Origin: Muribaculaceae bacterium
Lineage (GTDB): Bacteria; Bacteroidota; Bacteroidia; Bacteroidales; Muribaculaceae
Assembly (NCBI GenBank): GCA_017651515.1
Contig: JAGCCU010000034.1
Location: forward strand, 10,049 to 74,048
Reading direction: 5' to 3'
DNA: 64,000 nt
This document shows, piece after piece, positions 9,290 to 19,740 of the stretch (position 1 is its first letter; every line of letters begins with the position of its first letter). A model generated the notes under the pieces. It was not told the DNA's origin and ran no database searches. It saw nothing but the letters and a program-made list of their open reading frames with translations. A program made the position numbers and the translations under genes.

Positions 9290-10840
9290 ATGAAACGACT
9301 ACTATTTATCACAATCTCGCTATTTACAATAGTTCTTGCCACACAGGCACAAGTGGGTGATTTGCCACGCTCTACCCCAGCCGAACAAGGTGTAAAGACT
9401 CAAAACGTGCTTGATTTCATCAATGCCATCAATGACGTTCCCGAAACTGAACTGCACCACGTGATGATTGCACGCCACGGCCATGTAATCGCCGAGATGC
9501 ATCCTGCCCCATTCTCTGCTCAAGATGCGCACACGCTCTACAGCGAGAGCAAGACGTTTGCATCAATGGGGGTGGGCATTGCCATAGATGAAAACCTTTT
9601 GCGGCTTACCGACCGCGTGGCGGCATTCTTCCCCGACAAATTACCTGACACCATCAGCAACAATCTGGCACAAATGACCGTGCGTGACCTGCTCATTATG
9701 GCAAGTGGCATCAAACCTGATTGGTTCTTGAGAAATTTGTCAAACGACTGGATAAAGGAGTGGTTATCCAAGCCAGTAAACAATAAACCTGGAAAAATAT
9801 TCGACTACGATTCGCTTTGCACTTTCATGCTTTCAGCAATCGTGCAACGCGTCACCGGACTCACTTTGCTTGAATATCTGAATGAGAAACTGTTCATACC
9901 AATGCACATCACCGAGGTTGATTGGGAAGAAAGTCCCGACGGCATCAGCACCGGAGGATGGGGCCTGAGATTGCAGGCCGAGTCGCAGCTAAAAATGGGA
10001 CTGTTGCTATTAGGACATGGAAACTGGCATGGCAAACAGCTCATTCCAGCAGAGTGGATTGAAGATGCCATACAACCACACATCCGTTATGAGTGGTACA
10101 AGGACACAGATGCTCCCACCGAAAATAACCAAGGTTATGGCTACCAGATTTGGCGCTGCAAGTGGCCTACGGCTTTCCGTGCCGACGGCGCTTACGGACA
10201 GTTCATTGTTTGTGTACCAGAGAGCGACCTTGTAGTGGTAATAAACATGTGTACAAGCCACACACATGGTCACGATGTACTGGGATGCATCTGGGACAAA
10301 CTGTTGCCAGGCATGCAAGAAAGTCCGTTAAAGGCTGACCGTAAAACACAGCACGACCTTGATGTCATATGCAACAACAATACACTCATTCCGACCGCCA
10401 CTACACAAAAATCAAAGCGCAAACTGCCTATAACCCTACAACTTGAAGAAAACAAGCACAATCTGAACAGCATTGTCATTGATGAAGACAATCACATCGT
10501 TCTCGACTACACAAACGCACCTCGAGAGACTTTCACATATGGAGCCCTGTCATATAAAAAACAGGATTACCGCGGACCACAATGGCTACGCAGCCAGTTG
10601 GAAGGCATGCCACCTTATTCCATCAAAGCGCTTCCACTAAACTGTGGATTGAAGCACAACTTTGAGGCATCGACAATGTTTGGTTGGACCGATGACGACC
10701 ACGCCGTCATCGACATTTACTACGTGAATTGGATTTCACACACTACAATCACAATCAACTTTGCCGACAACACCATCACAATTCTCGACAACTTTAATAC
10801 CGACAACCCTGAAACCATACATTTTAAATGCGTTTCATAA
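9290..10840 (+). CDS. Serine hydrolase, beta-lactamase/AmpC-like family
   Basis: SxxK (SESK), F.YDS, LL.M.SG, YGYQIW and ADGAYGQ motifs; signal peptide. Confidence 0.88.
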   Translation: MKRLLFITISLFTIVLATQAQVGDLPRSTPAEQGVKTQNVLDFINAINDVPETELHHVMIARHGHVIAEMHPAPFSAQDAHTLYSESKTFASMGVGIAIDENLLRLTDRVAAFFPDKLPDTISNNLAQMTVRDLLIMASGIKPDWFLRNLSNDWIKEWLSKPVNNKPGKIFDYDSLCTFMLSAIVQRVTGLTLLEYLNEKLFIPMHITEVDWEESPDGISTGGWGLRLQAESQLKMGLLLLGHGNWHGKQLIPAEWIEDAIQPHIRYEWYKDTDAPTENNQGYGYQIWRCKWPTAFRADGAYGQFIVCVPESDLVVVINMCTSHTHGHDVLGCIWDKLLPGMQESPLKADRKTQHDLDVICNNNTLIPTATTQKSKRKLPITLQLEENKHNLNSIVIDEDNHIVLDYTNAPRETFTYGALSYKKQDYRGPQWLRSQLEGMPPYSIKALPLNCGLKHNFEASTMFGWTDDDHAVIDIYYVNWISHTTITINFADNTITILDNFNTDNPETIHFKCVS

Positions 10841-10853
10841 TAATTTGGCTGGC

Positions 10854-11786
10854 ATGCCGCAAGTTCACGACCTCACACAACTCAAGCGACGTTATCTGGC
10901 GCACCTCAAGGTAGAGAAAGGCCTCTCAATCAACACGGCGCAAGCCTATAGCGATGACATCGACAAACTGACGCACTATATGGCATCAGTCGGCATTTCC
11001 GTCGAAAATGCCACGTTGCAAAACCTGGAGCAGTTTGTGGGAGACTTGAACGATATCGGCATCAGTCCTCGATCACAAGCACGCATCATCAGCGGTGTGA
11101 AAAGTTTCTACCGTTTTCTGAAACTTGAAGGCTATATCGAGAAGAATCCCACTCGGTTGCTTGCAGCACCGCGTTTGGGTCGCCATTTACCCGATGTACT
11201 TACTGTTGAGGAAATCGACAGCATGATTGAGTGCATTGACATGAGCAAACCCGAAGGACAACGCAACCGCGCCATCATCGAGACAATGTATGGCTGTGGA
11301 CTTCGAGTGAGCGAACTCGTAGGGCTTCGGCTGTCGCAGATTTATACTGATGATGAATACATAATCGTGCAGGGCAAAGGCGACAAGCAACGAGCCGTAC
11401 CAATCTCAAGCATAGCCCTAGAACAGATAAGCCAGTATATAGAAGAAACGCGGGCGAACATGACGGTGAAGCGGGGCTGTGATGACATAGTATTTCTAAA
11501 TCGTCGGGGCGGACAACTGACGCGTGTGATGGTGTTCTACATCATTAAACAACTAGCCGAACTGGCAGGAATACGCAAGACTGTGAGCCCGCACACACTG
11601 CGGCATTCATTTGCCACCCACCTACTTGAAGGCGGCGCCAACCTGCGCGCCATCCAGCAAATGCTGGGGCACGAAAGCATTTCTACAACTGAGATATATC
11701 TGCACATCGACCGCAGTCACCTGCGCGACGAAATTCTGAAACACCACCCACGCAACAAGATGCTACATATGGGCAAGGAGAAATAG
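10854..11786 (+). CDS. xerD: Tyrosine recombinase XerD
   Basis: RNRAIIETMYGCGLRVSEL, GKGDKQR, SPHTLRHSFATHLLEGGANLRAIQQMLGH...TTEIY; start moved to ATG 10854. Confidence 0.9.
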   Translation: MPQVHDLTQLKRRYLAHLKVEKGLSINTAQAYSDDIDKLTHYMASVGISVENATLQNLEQFVGDLNDIGISPRSQARIISGVKSFYRFLKLEGYIEKNPTRLLAAPRLGRHLPDVLTVEEIDSMIECIDMSKPEGQRNRAIIETMYGCGLRVSELVGLRLSQIYTDDEYIIVQGKGDKQRAVPISSIALEQISQYIEETRANMTVKRGCDDIVFLNRRGGQLTRVMVFYIIKQLAELAGIRKTVSPHTLRHSFATHLLEGGANLRAIQQMLGHESISTTEIYLHIDRSHLRDEILKHHPRNKMLHMGKEK

Positions 11787-12281
11787 AATGCCCATCAATA
11801 TCAGCCCCCAGACAAGGCAACCGGTAAAAGTACATGAATAATTCTTCTTGGACTGCTGTTGCTGTACGGGCTGAAAATATTGCTCTGGATTATTAGTAGA
11901 ATAGTATGGTTGTTGAGTACCCGAAGGATAAAAAGGTGGCTGTACTTGTGGCTGTTGATAGTATGGAGTAGGCCGATGTTGTGGCGGCTGCGAAGCAGAA
12001 GGAGGCAATGCGGGCATAGAATGCACGGTCTGTGAAGGCTTGGCGGCTGGTGGCTGTGGGTTGGATGCAGTTGTACTTGCCGGCGCTTTTACCGTTGAAA
12101 GTGAGTCAACAACATGTCTTGCTGGTTTCGGTTCAAAGACTTCAATAGGCTCTACAGCCGTATCCCCCACAATCTGCAAACGCGTGAGACACTGCGGACA
12201 AACTGTGTAATACTCCGAAGCAATGAGTGCCTCAACACTCAGTTCGATTTTCTTTCCACATTTAGGACAGACGAATATCAT
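11763..12281 (-). CDS. MJ0042-type zinc-ribbon protein with P/Q-rich linker and C-terminal TM helix
   Basis: CPKC...CPQC, low-complexity P/Q linker, hydrophobic C-terminus. Confidence 0.75.
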   Translation of the reverse strand: MIFVCPKCGKKIELSVEALIASEYYTVCPQCLTRLQIVGDTAVEPIEVFEPKPARHVVDSLSTVKAPASTTASNPQPPAAKPSQTVHSMPALPPSASQPPQHRPTPYYQQPQVQPPFYPSGTQQPYYSTNNPEQYFQPVQQQQSKKNYSCTFTGCLVWGLILMGILFLLAHM

Positions 12282-12652
12282 TTCTTATCCAATTCTCGGT
12301 CAATCATATAGGTTGCATAAATCTGCAAGACTGCACCGGCCATGAGGAATGCCACCCAGTTGGTAGTACCCTTGCCCCAAAAAAGCATCGCAGCCGAAAC
12401 GCAGTAAAGCACTGCACTCGCCTGATTGATGCGATAAAGGCGACGCACACGCAGATTACGTCCTTTATATTGCAGCAACAATCGTGCCAAAAGTACCATT
12501 GCAGCTCCTACTGCATATGCCCATCGCATCCATTCATAATTCACATCCAGCAGAGGAAGTAACGCCATCACCATGATTAACAGCAACCCCAGTGCCTGCA
12601 TCCAATCTATATACCTTTTCATAATCCTCAACAAATCAGCATAAAACATCAA
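12278..12652 (-). CDS. Small 4-TM membrane protein
   Basis: Hydrophobic helices; N.R.RRLYR motif; coupled to neighbours by 4-bp overlaps. Confidence 0.7.
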   Translation of the reverse strand: MMFYADLLRIMKRYIDWMQALGLLLIMVMALLPLLDVNYEWMRWAYAVGAAMVLLARLLLQYKGRNLRVRRLYRINQASAVLYCVSAAMLFWGKGTTNWVAFLMAGAVLQIYATYMIDRELDKK

Positions 12653-12954
12653 GGTATATCGGTAATATACACCTCCTCATTGACACGCTTCATTCCGTAT
12701 TTTTCACGGGCAATTTTCTCTAAGGTTTCGCGGTCTGTATTCAGTTCGCGTACTTTTGCCTCATAGATTTTAGCCGAGTCCTTGTTGGCTTGGATCTGTG
12801 CTTTCAGGTCATTGATTTGATCGTTGTATTCAAGCTTTCGCATGCAACTGTTGTCGCCGAAGAAAATCAATGAGCAGATAAAGCCCACGAACACCAGTTT
12901 AGGCAACGTTACAAGGTTGGAGAACCATTTGTTTTTCAGAATCTTGAATTTCAT
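12649..12954 (-). CDS. ftsB: Septum formation initiator FtsB/DivIC family
   Basis: TM helix, coiled coil and LEKIAREKYGMKR.NEEVY signature. Confidence 0.85.
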   Translation of the reverse strand: MKFKILKNKWFSNLVTLPKLVFVGFICSLIFFGDNSCMRKLEYNDQINDLKAQIQANKDSAKIYEAKVRELNTDRETLEKIAREKYGMKRVNEEVYITDIP

Positions 12955-12981
12955 AATTTGCTATTATTAATTTAAGGTTAT

Positions 12982-13665
12982 CTATTTCTTGTCATTGAGC
13001 AAGTATGGACGCAGACGGCGTGTACGCTCTAGAGCCTGTTCCATCTGCCACTCATCGATGCGCGCCTGATGTCCACTGAGAAGCACATCTGGCACTCGCC
13101 ACCCATTGAATTCTGCAGGTCGGGTATATACTGGTGCCTCTAGCAGCCCGTCCTGAAACGAGTCGCTCAACGCACTCTGCTCATCACCTATGGCACCAGG
13201 AATCAGTCGCACCACCGCATCAGCAATCACAGCTGCTGGCAGTTCGCCTCCAGTAAGCACATAGTCGCCGATGGAAATCTCACGGGTGATAAGGTGTTCA
13301 CGTATGCGATAATCCACTCCTTTGTAATGTCCGCAAAGAATCATGAGATTTTCGCTAAGCGACAATTCGTTTGCCATAGGCTGTGACAGCATCTCCCCGT
13401 CAGGTGATGTGAAAATAACCTCATCGTAATGCCGTTCACTCTTCAGATGCTCCATACAGCGGAACACCGGCTCAATCTGCATCACCATACCAGCATCTCC
13501 ACCAAAGGGATAGTCATCCACCTTGCGATGTTTGCTCAGTGTCCAATCACGCAAGTTGTGGATATGAATTTCTACCAGTCCCTTGTCCTGGGCACGCTTA
13601 ACTATGGAGCAGTTCAGCGGCGACTCCAAAGCCTCGGGCATTACTGTGAGTATATCTATCCTCAT
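12982..13665 (-). CDS. trmD: tRNA (guanine37-N1)-methyltransferase
   Basis: [50 protein letters not shown]. Confidence 0.97.
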   Translation of the reverse strand: MRIDILTVMPEALESPLNCSIVKRAQDKGLVEIHIHNLRDWTLSKHRKVDDYPFGGDAGMVMQIEPVFRCMEHLKSERHYDEVIFTSPDGEMLSQPMANELSLSENLMILCGHYKGVDYRIREHLITREISIGDYVLTGGELPAAVIADAVVRLIPGAIGDEQSALSDSFQDGLLEAPVYTRPAEFNGWRVPDVLLSGHQARIDEWQMEQALERTRRLRPYLLNDKK

Positions 13666-13666
13666 T

Positions 13667-14947
13667 CTACTTCGCTGTTTCTTTAATTTCTTCAAGGCGA
13701 ACAAGTTCGATTCGGCCTGCCGTCTTCTTTGTCACGGTAATGTTCCACTTGTCGTCTATATTCACTACTTCACCTTCAGCAGGCAGCGCCTCATGTTTGC
13801 TGAGAAGGAATCCGGCAATGGTCTGATAGTCATCACTTTCAGGCAAATCGAGATGAAACCGCTCATTTATTTCCTCAATCTCCATACGGCCACTTAGTTC
13901 GTAGGTGGTCTCATCCACCTGACGAGCAGTGAGCTGGTTGCGGTCGTGTTCATCTTCAATCTCTCCAAATATTTCCTCAACCAGATCTTCAAGAGTCACT
14001 ATGCCGCTTGTTCCACCAAATTCATCAAGCACTATTGCCATCGAACGTTTCTTCTCAAGCAAACTGGTCATCATTTTGCGAGCCAATTGAGTCTCGGGAG
14101 CAAATAATACCGGCTTTATGCGTGTCTTCCAATCCACATCTGGCACAAACAGCTCACTCACCTGGATAAACCCTATTACATGGTCAATCTCGTCGCGATA
14201 GACAACGATTTTCGACAATCCCGACTGTGTGAACAGACGCACCAAGTCATCACGATTGGTATCCACTACATCAACAGCCACCATCTCGTTGCGAGGTACC
14301 ATGCAGTCACGCAGGCGTGTATCGCTGAAGTCGAGCGCATTCTCAAAAATGCGCACCTCGCGCTCCACCTCGCGGTGTTCGTCATCATGCTTGTCGATGG
14401 TGTCCTGCAAATATGCATCCAGTTCATCCACAGTCAAAACGCCATGCCTGTCTCCAGAATTATCTATGCCACACAAACGCATGATCAGTTCACTTAGCCA
14501 CTCTGTAAAAAGCGAGATGGGATAAAGCAAACAGTAAAACATGAACAGTGGCAACGAGAAAGTGCGAAGCGAATAATTAGGATTAATGCGAAATATCGCC
14601 TTGGGCAGAAACTCGGCCGTAATAAGAATGATGAGCGTGGAGATGAGCGTCTGAATAAGCAACATCATTCCCTCGTTAGTCACTCCCAGAGCCTCAAGCG
14701 GCTTCGTGAGCAACATCACCATGCCTATGCTGTAAACCACGTTTACTATGTTGTTGCCTATCAGCAACGTGGAAATAAACATCTTGCGGTGTCCGTAGAA
14801 CACATTAAGAATGCTGTTTACCATTCCACCACGAGCAATGTCTATCTCGGCACGTACCTTGTTGCTCGACACGAAAGCAATTTCCATGCCGGAAAAGAAT
14901 GCTGAAAGCAATACTGAAATTATTACTATTATTAGTGGATATTCCAT
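13667..14947 (-). CDS. HlyC/CorC (CNNM-CBS-CorC) family membrane protein
   Basis: [57 protein letters not shown]. Confidence 0.93.
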   Translation of the reverse strand: MEYPLIIVIISVLLSAFFSGMEIAFVSSNKVRAEIDIARGGMVNSILNVFYGHRKMFISTLLIGNNIVNVVYSIGMVMLLTKPLEALGVTNEGMMLLIQTLISTLIILITAEFLPKAIFRINPNYSLRTFSLPLFMFYCLLYPISLFTEWLSELIMRLCGIDNSGDRHGVLTVDELDAYLQDTIDKHDDEHREVEREVRIFENALDFSDTRLRDCMVPRNEMVAVDVVDTNRDDLVRLFTQSGLSKIVVYRDEIDHVIGFIQVSELFVPDVDWKTRIKPVLFAPETQLARKMMTSLLEKKRSMAIVLDEFGGTSGIVTLEDLVEEIFGEIEDEHDRNQLTARQVDETTYELSGRMEIEEINERFHLDLPESDDYQTIAGFLLSKHEALPAEGEVVNIDDKWNITVTKKTAGRIELVRLEEIKETAK

Positions 14948-14976
14948 TTTCTATCTCTATTTATTTGCCTTTACGA

Positions 14977-15597
14977 CTATCGCGGGTCAGTACTCCGAAA
15001 ACGACTTTCATCAACTGGGAAGATTGCCTCAACCTGTCGCAGCGTGTAGGTACTGAACTGCTCATTGCTCTCGTAGCCGTATCCTTCTATCACGCGACCC
15101 TGTTTCTCGATGTGTATGAAAGCGTCGCTGTACAAGCGGTGGGTCATCTGGTTCCAAAACAACTGGTCGGTCAAGATCACGTCACCGTCTGAATTGGTTA
15201 TGTTCACATGGCCATGCAAGTCCCATATCTGAGAGTTCTCATCATAATAGGCCGAGTCGCACTTTATGCTGGAAATGGGGTTGAACGCCGGATCCAGTTC
15301 TTCTGCCTTCACGCCGCGAGGGAAAATCCAATGCGGCTCTTTGGCCTCCTCAAACATCTGCCACACGTCGGTTTCGATACGGTAACGGGTGCGACCGTCA
15401 TCGCTGATTACCGTCTGCACATCGTGAGAGGTCATCGTAGGCACCTTTTCGGGATCGGTAGGATGTTTAACCACACTTGTCATCTCATCCTTACAAGCCA
15501 CAAGGGCAATAACCATCAGCACTATGTAAACTATCCTGCCCAACGAAACAGTTACAAAATACAAGTCAGTCGATTCTTGCTTCTCACTTATTATCAA
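14977..15597 (-). CDS. lptC: LPS export periplasmic protein LptC
   Basis: ISDDG..RYRI, FP.G, CDSA.Y, L.G.V, TDQLFWNQ, G.G.ESN; typical Bacteroidales order with coaX; true start may be downstream. Confidence 0.8.
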   Translation of the reverse strand: MIISEKQESTDLYFVTVSLGRIVYIVLMVIALVACKDEMTSVVKHPTDPEKVPTMTSHDVQTVISDDGRTRYRIETDVWQMFEEAKEPHWIFPRGVKAEELDPAFNPISSIKCDSAYYDENSQIWDLHGHVNITNSDGDVILTDQLFWNQMTHRLYSDAFIHIEKQGRVIEGYGYESNEQFSTYTLRQVEAIFPVDESRFRSTDPR

Positions 15598-16827
15598 TTA
15601 CCTGATTCTGTTCTTCCAGAACCACAACTCATTGAAATTGACACTCAAGGTGATGTTCAAGTAATCCTCTTTAATCATAACCAATGGCGATGATGTGCGG
15701 TGACGCCATTCCAGACCAAGGTTTATTGTAGTCTTACCTCCGGGAACAGGCAACCCCACTCCCACCGTAGCGCCATAGTCACGTACGTTGTTGCTGCCTA
15801 TCATCAGGTAGTCGTGGTTATAGAATCCACCTACACGGAAAGCCATTGCGCCAATGTAAGTTCCTCGGCGGTTAGGAGTAAACTGCAATCCGGCAGCAAC
15901 CTTCCAACGGTTGTCAAAGCTTGTGGTTGCCGACTCGAAACCTTGCAAGGGCTCATATTTTGCGTCTTTCCACTTCTGATAGGTAACATCTATTTCTGTC
16001 AGCCAATGGTTGGCATGATTATAACTCAGACCGACTCCTATGGTATGCGGCTGCTCGTATTTGCCCTTGAGCGAAGTATAGCCCAATGTGTCGATCTTGG
16101 AATCCTGGCTGTCAAACATCGTGCCCCAGGTGTGACCATGGAACGACTTCTTCGGAGTATAACTCACACCGAGCACCATACGGTCATGGAGCGAGAGGTC
16201 TATGCCATACTGAATGCCTGCCGTTATGTTCCAGTCACGCACTTCCATGATGCGCTGGTAGGTAGTCGTCGATGTTGAAGCAACTGAAGACGTGTTTGTC
16301 GTCGTGCCAAACAGATAGCTCACATTGAAGCCAAGACTGAGATTCTTTATCGGCTCATAGCCAGCACCAATGTAAAGCTGCAGCAAGCCTCCACTGCCGG
16401 TACGCGCTTCAGCACCACCATCGATTTCACCCACATATTGATAGCCTACGCTGGAATATGGCACTAGGCCGAACGAGCCGCCCAATCCCTTGATAATGCG
16501 GAACTGTGCCGAAAGATAGTCTAGGCCACCACCAAAGTTATAACCCTTCAGGTCGCCCTCATGCGACCACGCATTGTTCAAATCAACGCCCACATCCCAC
16601 AAGAAAGTGAGTGAGTCGACCTGAGAATATGAAGCTGGGTTCATCACATTAATTGCACGACCATTCTGCATGGCATAGCCCACTCCGCCCATCTGGCGCT
16701 GGATTCCCGATGCATTATCGTTCAGCAATCCGTAGCCTATCTTTGAATAAGGGCTGGTAGATATTTGCGCTGTTGCACATAAGGTGGCAATGGCCGTTAT
16801 GGCAAGAACTGTTTTTCTGATTTTCAT
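15598..16827 (-). CDS. Outer-membrane beta-barrel protein (FadL/TodX-like)
   Basis: Signal peptide, SPYS..GYG, MGGVG, NPASYS, PYSSVGY, C-terminal FNELWF. Confidence 0.78.
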   Translation of the reverse strand: MKIRKTVLAITAIATLCATAQISTSPYSKIGYGLLNDNASGIQRQMGGVGYAMQNGRAINVMNPASYSQVDSLTFLWDVGVDLNNAWSHEGDLKGYNFGGGLDYLSAQFRIIKGLGGSFGLVPYSSVGYQYVGEIDGGAEARTGSGGLLQLYIGAGYEPIKNLSLGFNVSYLFGTTTNTSSVASTSTTTYQRIMEVRDWNITAGIQYGIDLSLHDRMVLGVSYTPKKSFHGHTWGTMFDSQDSKIDTLGYTSLKGKYEQPHTIGVGLSYNHANHWLTEIDVTYQKWKDAKYEPLQGFESATTSFDNRWKVAAGLQFTPNRRGTYIGAMAFRVGGFYNHDYLMIGSNNVRDYGATVGVGLPVPGGKTTINLGLEWRHRTSSPLVMIKEDYLNITLSVNFNELWFWKNRIR

Positions 16828-16839
16828 TATATCGTGTAT

Positions 16840-17577
16840 TTATTCTTCGTTAAACATGATGATGGCATTTAATCCCCGCAACACAAGGTCGGGTTCTACA
16901 GTGCAACTTTCACCACCCAGGTATTCACTCAACAAAGTAGCAGCGCCTCCAGTAACTATAACCTTCAACTGGCGCAGCATGGCACGCAACTTCTGCGCCA
17001 TACCGTCAATCTCGTTCACCGCACCCAACACTGCACCAGCACGGATGGCTGTTTCGGTGTCATAGCCCACAAGTGGAACTTCGCCACGAGCATCTACTTG
17101 CGGCAGTTTACTCGTAAATTCATGCATGGCACGTAGGCGCATATCCACGCCAGGGGCTATGTTTCCACCCAGATAGGTGCCATCACCGGTCACCACATCC
17201 ATCGTAACGCATGTGCCGGCATCCACTACCAGCAGGTTGCATCCTGGAAACATTTCCCATGCGCCCACGGCAGCAGCAATGCGGTCACGGCCCAGAGTGG
17301 TCGGAGTGCGATAGGCTATCGACAACGGCAATGCTGTCTCGTGGGTGAGTTCTTCTATACGGCACGGCAACAATGGTCGAACAGCAGCAAGAACTTCTTC
17401 CGAACGATGCGTAGTGCTCGACAACAATGCCGCACCAATGGAACTATCCTGCAACATGCCGATTAATGGCGACAAGTCGTCGTAGCCCGCTTGCACACGG
17501 GACACGATGACATCATCGGAAAACAACGCTGCTTTCACCTGCGTATTTCCACAATCTATGCACAGATGCCTATTCAT
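16840..17577 (-). CDS. coaX: Type III pantothenate kinase
   Basis: IDCGNT, TLGRDRIAA, VVDAGTCVT.D, GGNIAPG, TGG, LVLRGL. Confidence 0.95.
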   Translation of the reverse strand: MNRHLCIDCGNTQVKAALFSDDVIVSRVQAGYDDLSPLIGMLQDSSIGAALLSSTTHRSEEVLAAVRPLLPCRIEELTHETALPLSIAYRTPTTLGRDRIAAAVGAWEMFPGCNLLVVDAGTCVTMDVVTGDGTYLGGNIAPGVDMRLRAMHEFTSKLPQVDARGEVPLVGYDTETAIRAGAVLGAVNEIDGMAQKLRAMLRQLKVIVTGGAATLLSEYLGGESCTVEPDLVLRGLNAIIMFNEE

Positions 17578-17753
17578 TAACTTGCAAAATTAATATTTTA
17601 TTTTCTAACTAGAAAATCAAAAGTCCATTGGACACTGCAAGAGGCTATTTTTCAACACACCTTAAGTTTTATTGCCGACATCTTAATATTTATTATAAGT
17701 GAAAAGAACCAAGACTTCTGCGATTGACCTTTCGAGACCAAGAACACTCAAGA

Positions 17754-17761
17754 TAATTTTG
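17754..17761 (+). promoter_or_regulatory. Bacteroidetes -7 promoter element (TAATTTTG) upstream of the capsid-like unit
   Basis: TAnnTTTG 60 nt before ATG 17822. Confidence 0.55.
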
Positions 17762-17821
17762 CAGCGTCAATCATGACATGAAGTTTGACAAAAAAACGTA
17801 TTTATCCAAATCAATCAACTT

Positions 17822-18106
17822 ATGGAAAACAATCACATCGAACCACCTCCATTCAAAAAGGGCCAAGAACCGAAAACAGAGAATCAAGAACCAAGCAGTG
17901 AAACAAATGGACTCGATGCGCTAGGTCTCGAGACCGAGAAGAAAAAACAAATTGAAGAGATGCTGCAAAATGCCGAGATGCAAGGTTACCTGCGCGGACG
18001 TAACGATAAAATCGAAGCAACACAGCATTTCGAAAATGACCCTGAACTTGACCTGCAACCAACCGGCTTCCCAGTGTATAACCGCCGAAGCATCTGGGAC
18101 TCCTAA
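17822..18106 (+). CDS. Small acidic protein, possible phage scaffold/head-assembly remnant
   Basis: 94 aa; AE..GYLRGRNDKIE and terminal RRSIWD; lies directly before the capsid-like gene. Confidence 0.5.
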   Translation: MENNHIEPPPFKKGQEPKTENQEPSSETNGLDALGLETEKKKQIEEMLQNAEMQGYLRGRNDKIEATQHFENDPELDLQPTGFPVYNRRSIWDS

Positions 18107-18148
18107 AATATTTAGAACTAAAAACTAACTGCTAAAAACTAACAAACC

Positions 18149-19536
18149 ATGAAAAACAAAATCCTCAACATCTTGAAGTGGTTGCTTCACAACCCCGAAT
18201 TCATCCTGATGTCGCTGCTTATGCTGGTTGTTGCCATCATCGCCTATCATGCCGGAGAGGCAAGCGTTCTTGCAGCAGCAATAATACCCGGCGTGGCAGG
18301 AGGCAACCATGTAACAGGTGAACCGCTGACCACCGACCTTGCCCGAGAAGCATCGCCAAGCCTGCTGCTCAACGAAATTGACCAGCAGATAGTGAAAATC
18401 CGACCTATGGCAACACCCATCGACCAGCTATCGCGCCATGCTGGCAGCAAGCATGCAGGTTCCATGATTGTCGATTATTATGGTGTAGATACCAAGGACA
18501 CCACCGCTACGCTTGCCGACGACTACGACGCGCCCAACACCATGACACCTGGAACTTCACCTAAGGTATATATCCATACCGACAAGGACGAAATTTTCGA
18601 TGCCAGCGACACCATCCTGGTACAAGGCATCATGGGATATGAAAGCGATGGAAGGACCACAAGCAATCACGAACTCGTGCTGTATGTCACCGACCGCGAC
18701 TCACAGAACGGATTGGGAGTGATGGCTGTGAACGGCAAGAAGATCGGCGACGTTGAGGGCTGTCTGCCCGACATCCCCGCCGACACCACACTCATCCGCA
18801 TGGGACGAGCCGCCAGCGAACTCGACGTGATGTCGCCACAGTTTGAAGCCATGCCGCAGAAGATGCAGAATTACTGCCAGATTTTCAAGATGCAGGTAGA
18901 ACAAAGCACGCTGCAACGCCTTGCCAACAAGGAGGTCAACTGGACAATGAGCGACCAGGAAGAGGCTGCCATCTACGATATGCGACTGGGCATGGAAAAT
19001 CGTTCCTGTTCGGAGTGAAACGTAAGTTGTGGAACCCCGAGAAGAAAGAAAACATCATGCTAACCGGCGGTATCTGGTATCAGGCCGGACGCACCTTCCA
19101 ATACAACGACAACCTCGACAGCGACCAGGTGGTGGAGCTCATGCGCAAGGCTTTCACCGGCAACAAGGGGAGCAAACGCAAGATCCTCATCGGTGGCAGC
19201 CAGCTAATCGGCATGTTCAACCGACTTGACTACACGCGCATCGTCACCAGTCACGACACCGTGAGCAAGTGGGGTATAGACTTCACCGAGGTGCGCAGCA
19301 AGTTCGGCACGCTCTACCTGTTGTTGAGCGAAATCTTCGACGAATGTGGCATGGCAGAATGCGGTATGGTAATTGATCCCGAGTACTTGCAGAAATACAG
19401 TCACGTGCCATTCAGTACCGAGTCTTTAAACCTTAAATCCAGCGGATTGCGCAACACCGACGCACTCGTGCTAACCGAAGCCAGTTGCCTCGTACTGCGC
19501 TACCCCAACGCCCATATGCGCATCGTCCAGCGATAA
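18149..19536 (+). pseudogene. Phage major capsid-like protein (DUF5309/SU10 MCP, HK97 fold), split by a 1-nt frameshift at ~18996-18999
   Basis: IVKIRPMATPIDQL, MGRAASELD, NYCQIFK.QVEQS, DMRLGME(KSFLFG)VK, TGGIWYQAG, FG.L, L.EASCLVLRYPNAH; one extra A joins the two ORFs into 462 aa. Confidence 0.72.
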
Positions 19537-19560
19537 CTCACCTACATACTTTTTTTCAAT

Positions 19561-19598
19561 GGAGTTGCGGAAAAGGAGCACCCTTTTTCCGCAACTCC
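19561..19598 (+). terminator. Stem-loop after the capsid-like gene
   Basis: GGAGTTGCGGAAAA...TTTTCCGCAACTCC, 14-bp perfect stem. Confidence 0.75.
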
Positions 19599-19710
19599 TT
19601 GCCATTATTACATACTCCGATAATTCCCGAAAAACTTGCATATGACAAAAAAGACATAATCATGCGATTAAGAGTTTCTAAATAAATTTGCCTCTTCGCC
19701 AGCTTAATCG

Positions 19711-19718
19711 TAACTTTG
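19711..19718 (+). promoter_or_regulatory. Bacteroidetes promoter (TTTG-N20-TAACTTTG) for the kinase pair
   Basis: TTTG at 19687-19690 and TAACTTTG at 19711-19718. Confidence 0.7.
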
Positions 19719-19740
19719 CAACAATAATTGCAAATGGTGG

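Noticed and set aside
10854-11786. Tyrosine recombinase as the integrase of a mobile element or prophage
   Set aside because: Canonical chromosomal XerD motifs, embedded among housekeeping genes, no att repeats or cargo next to it
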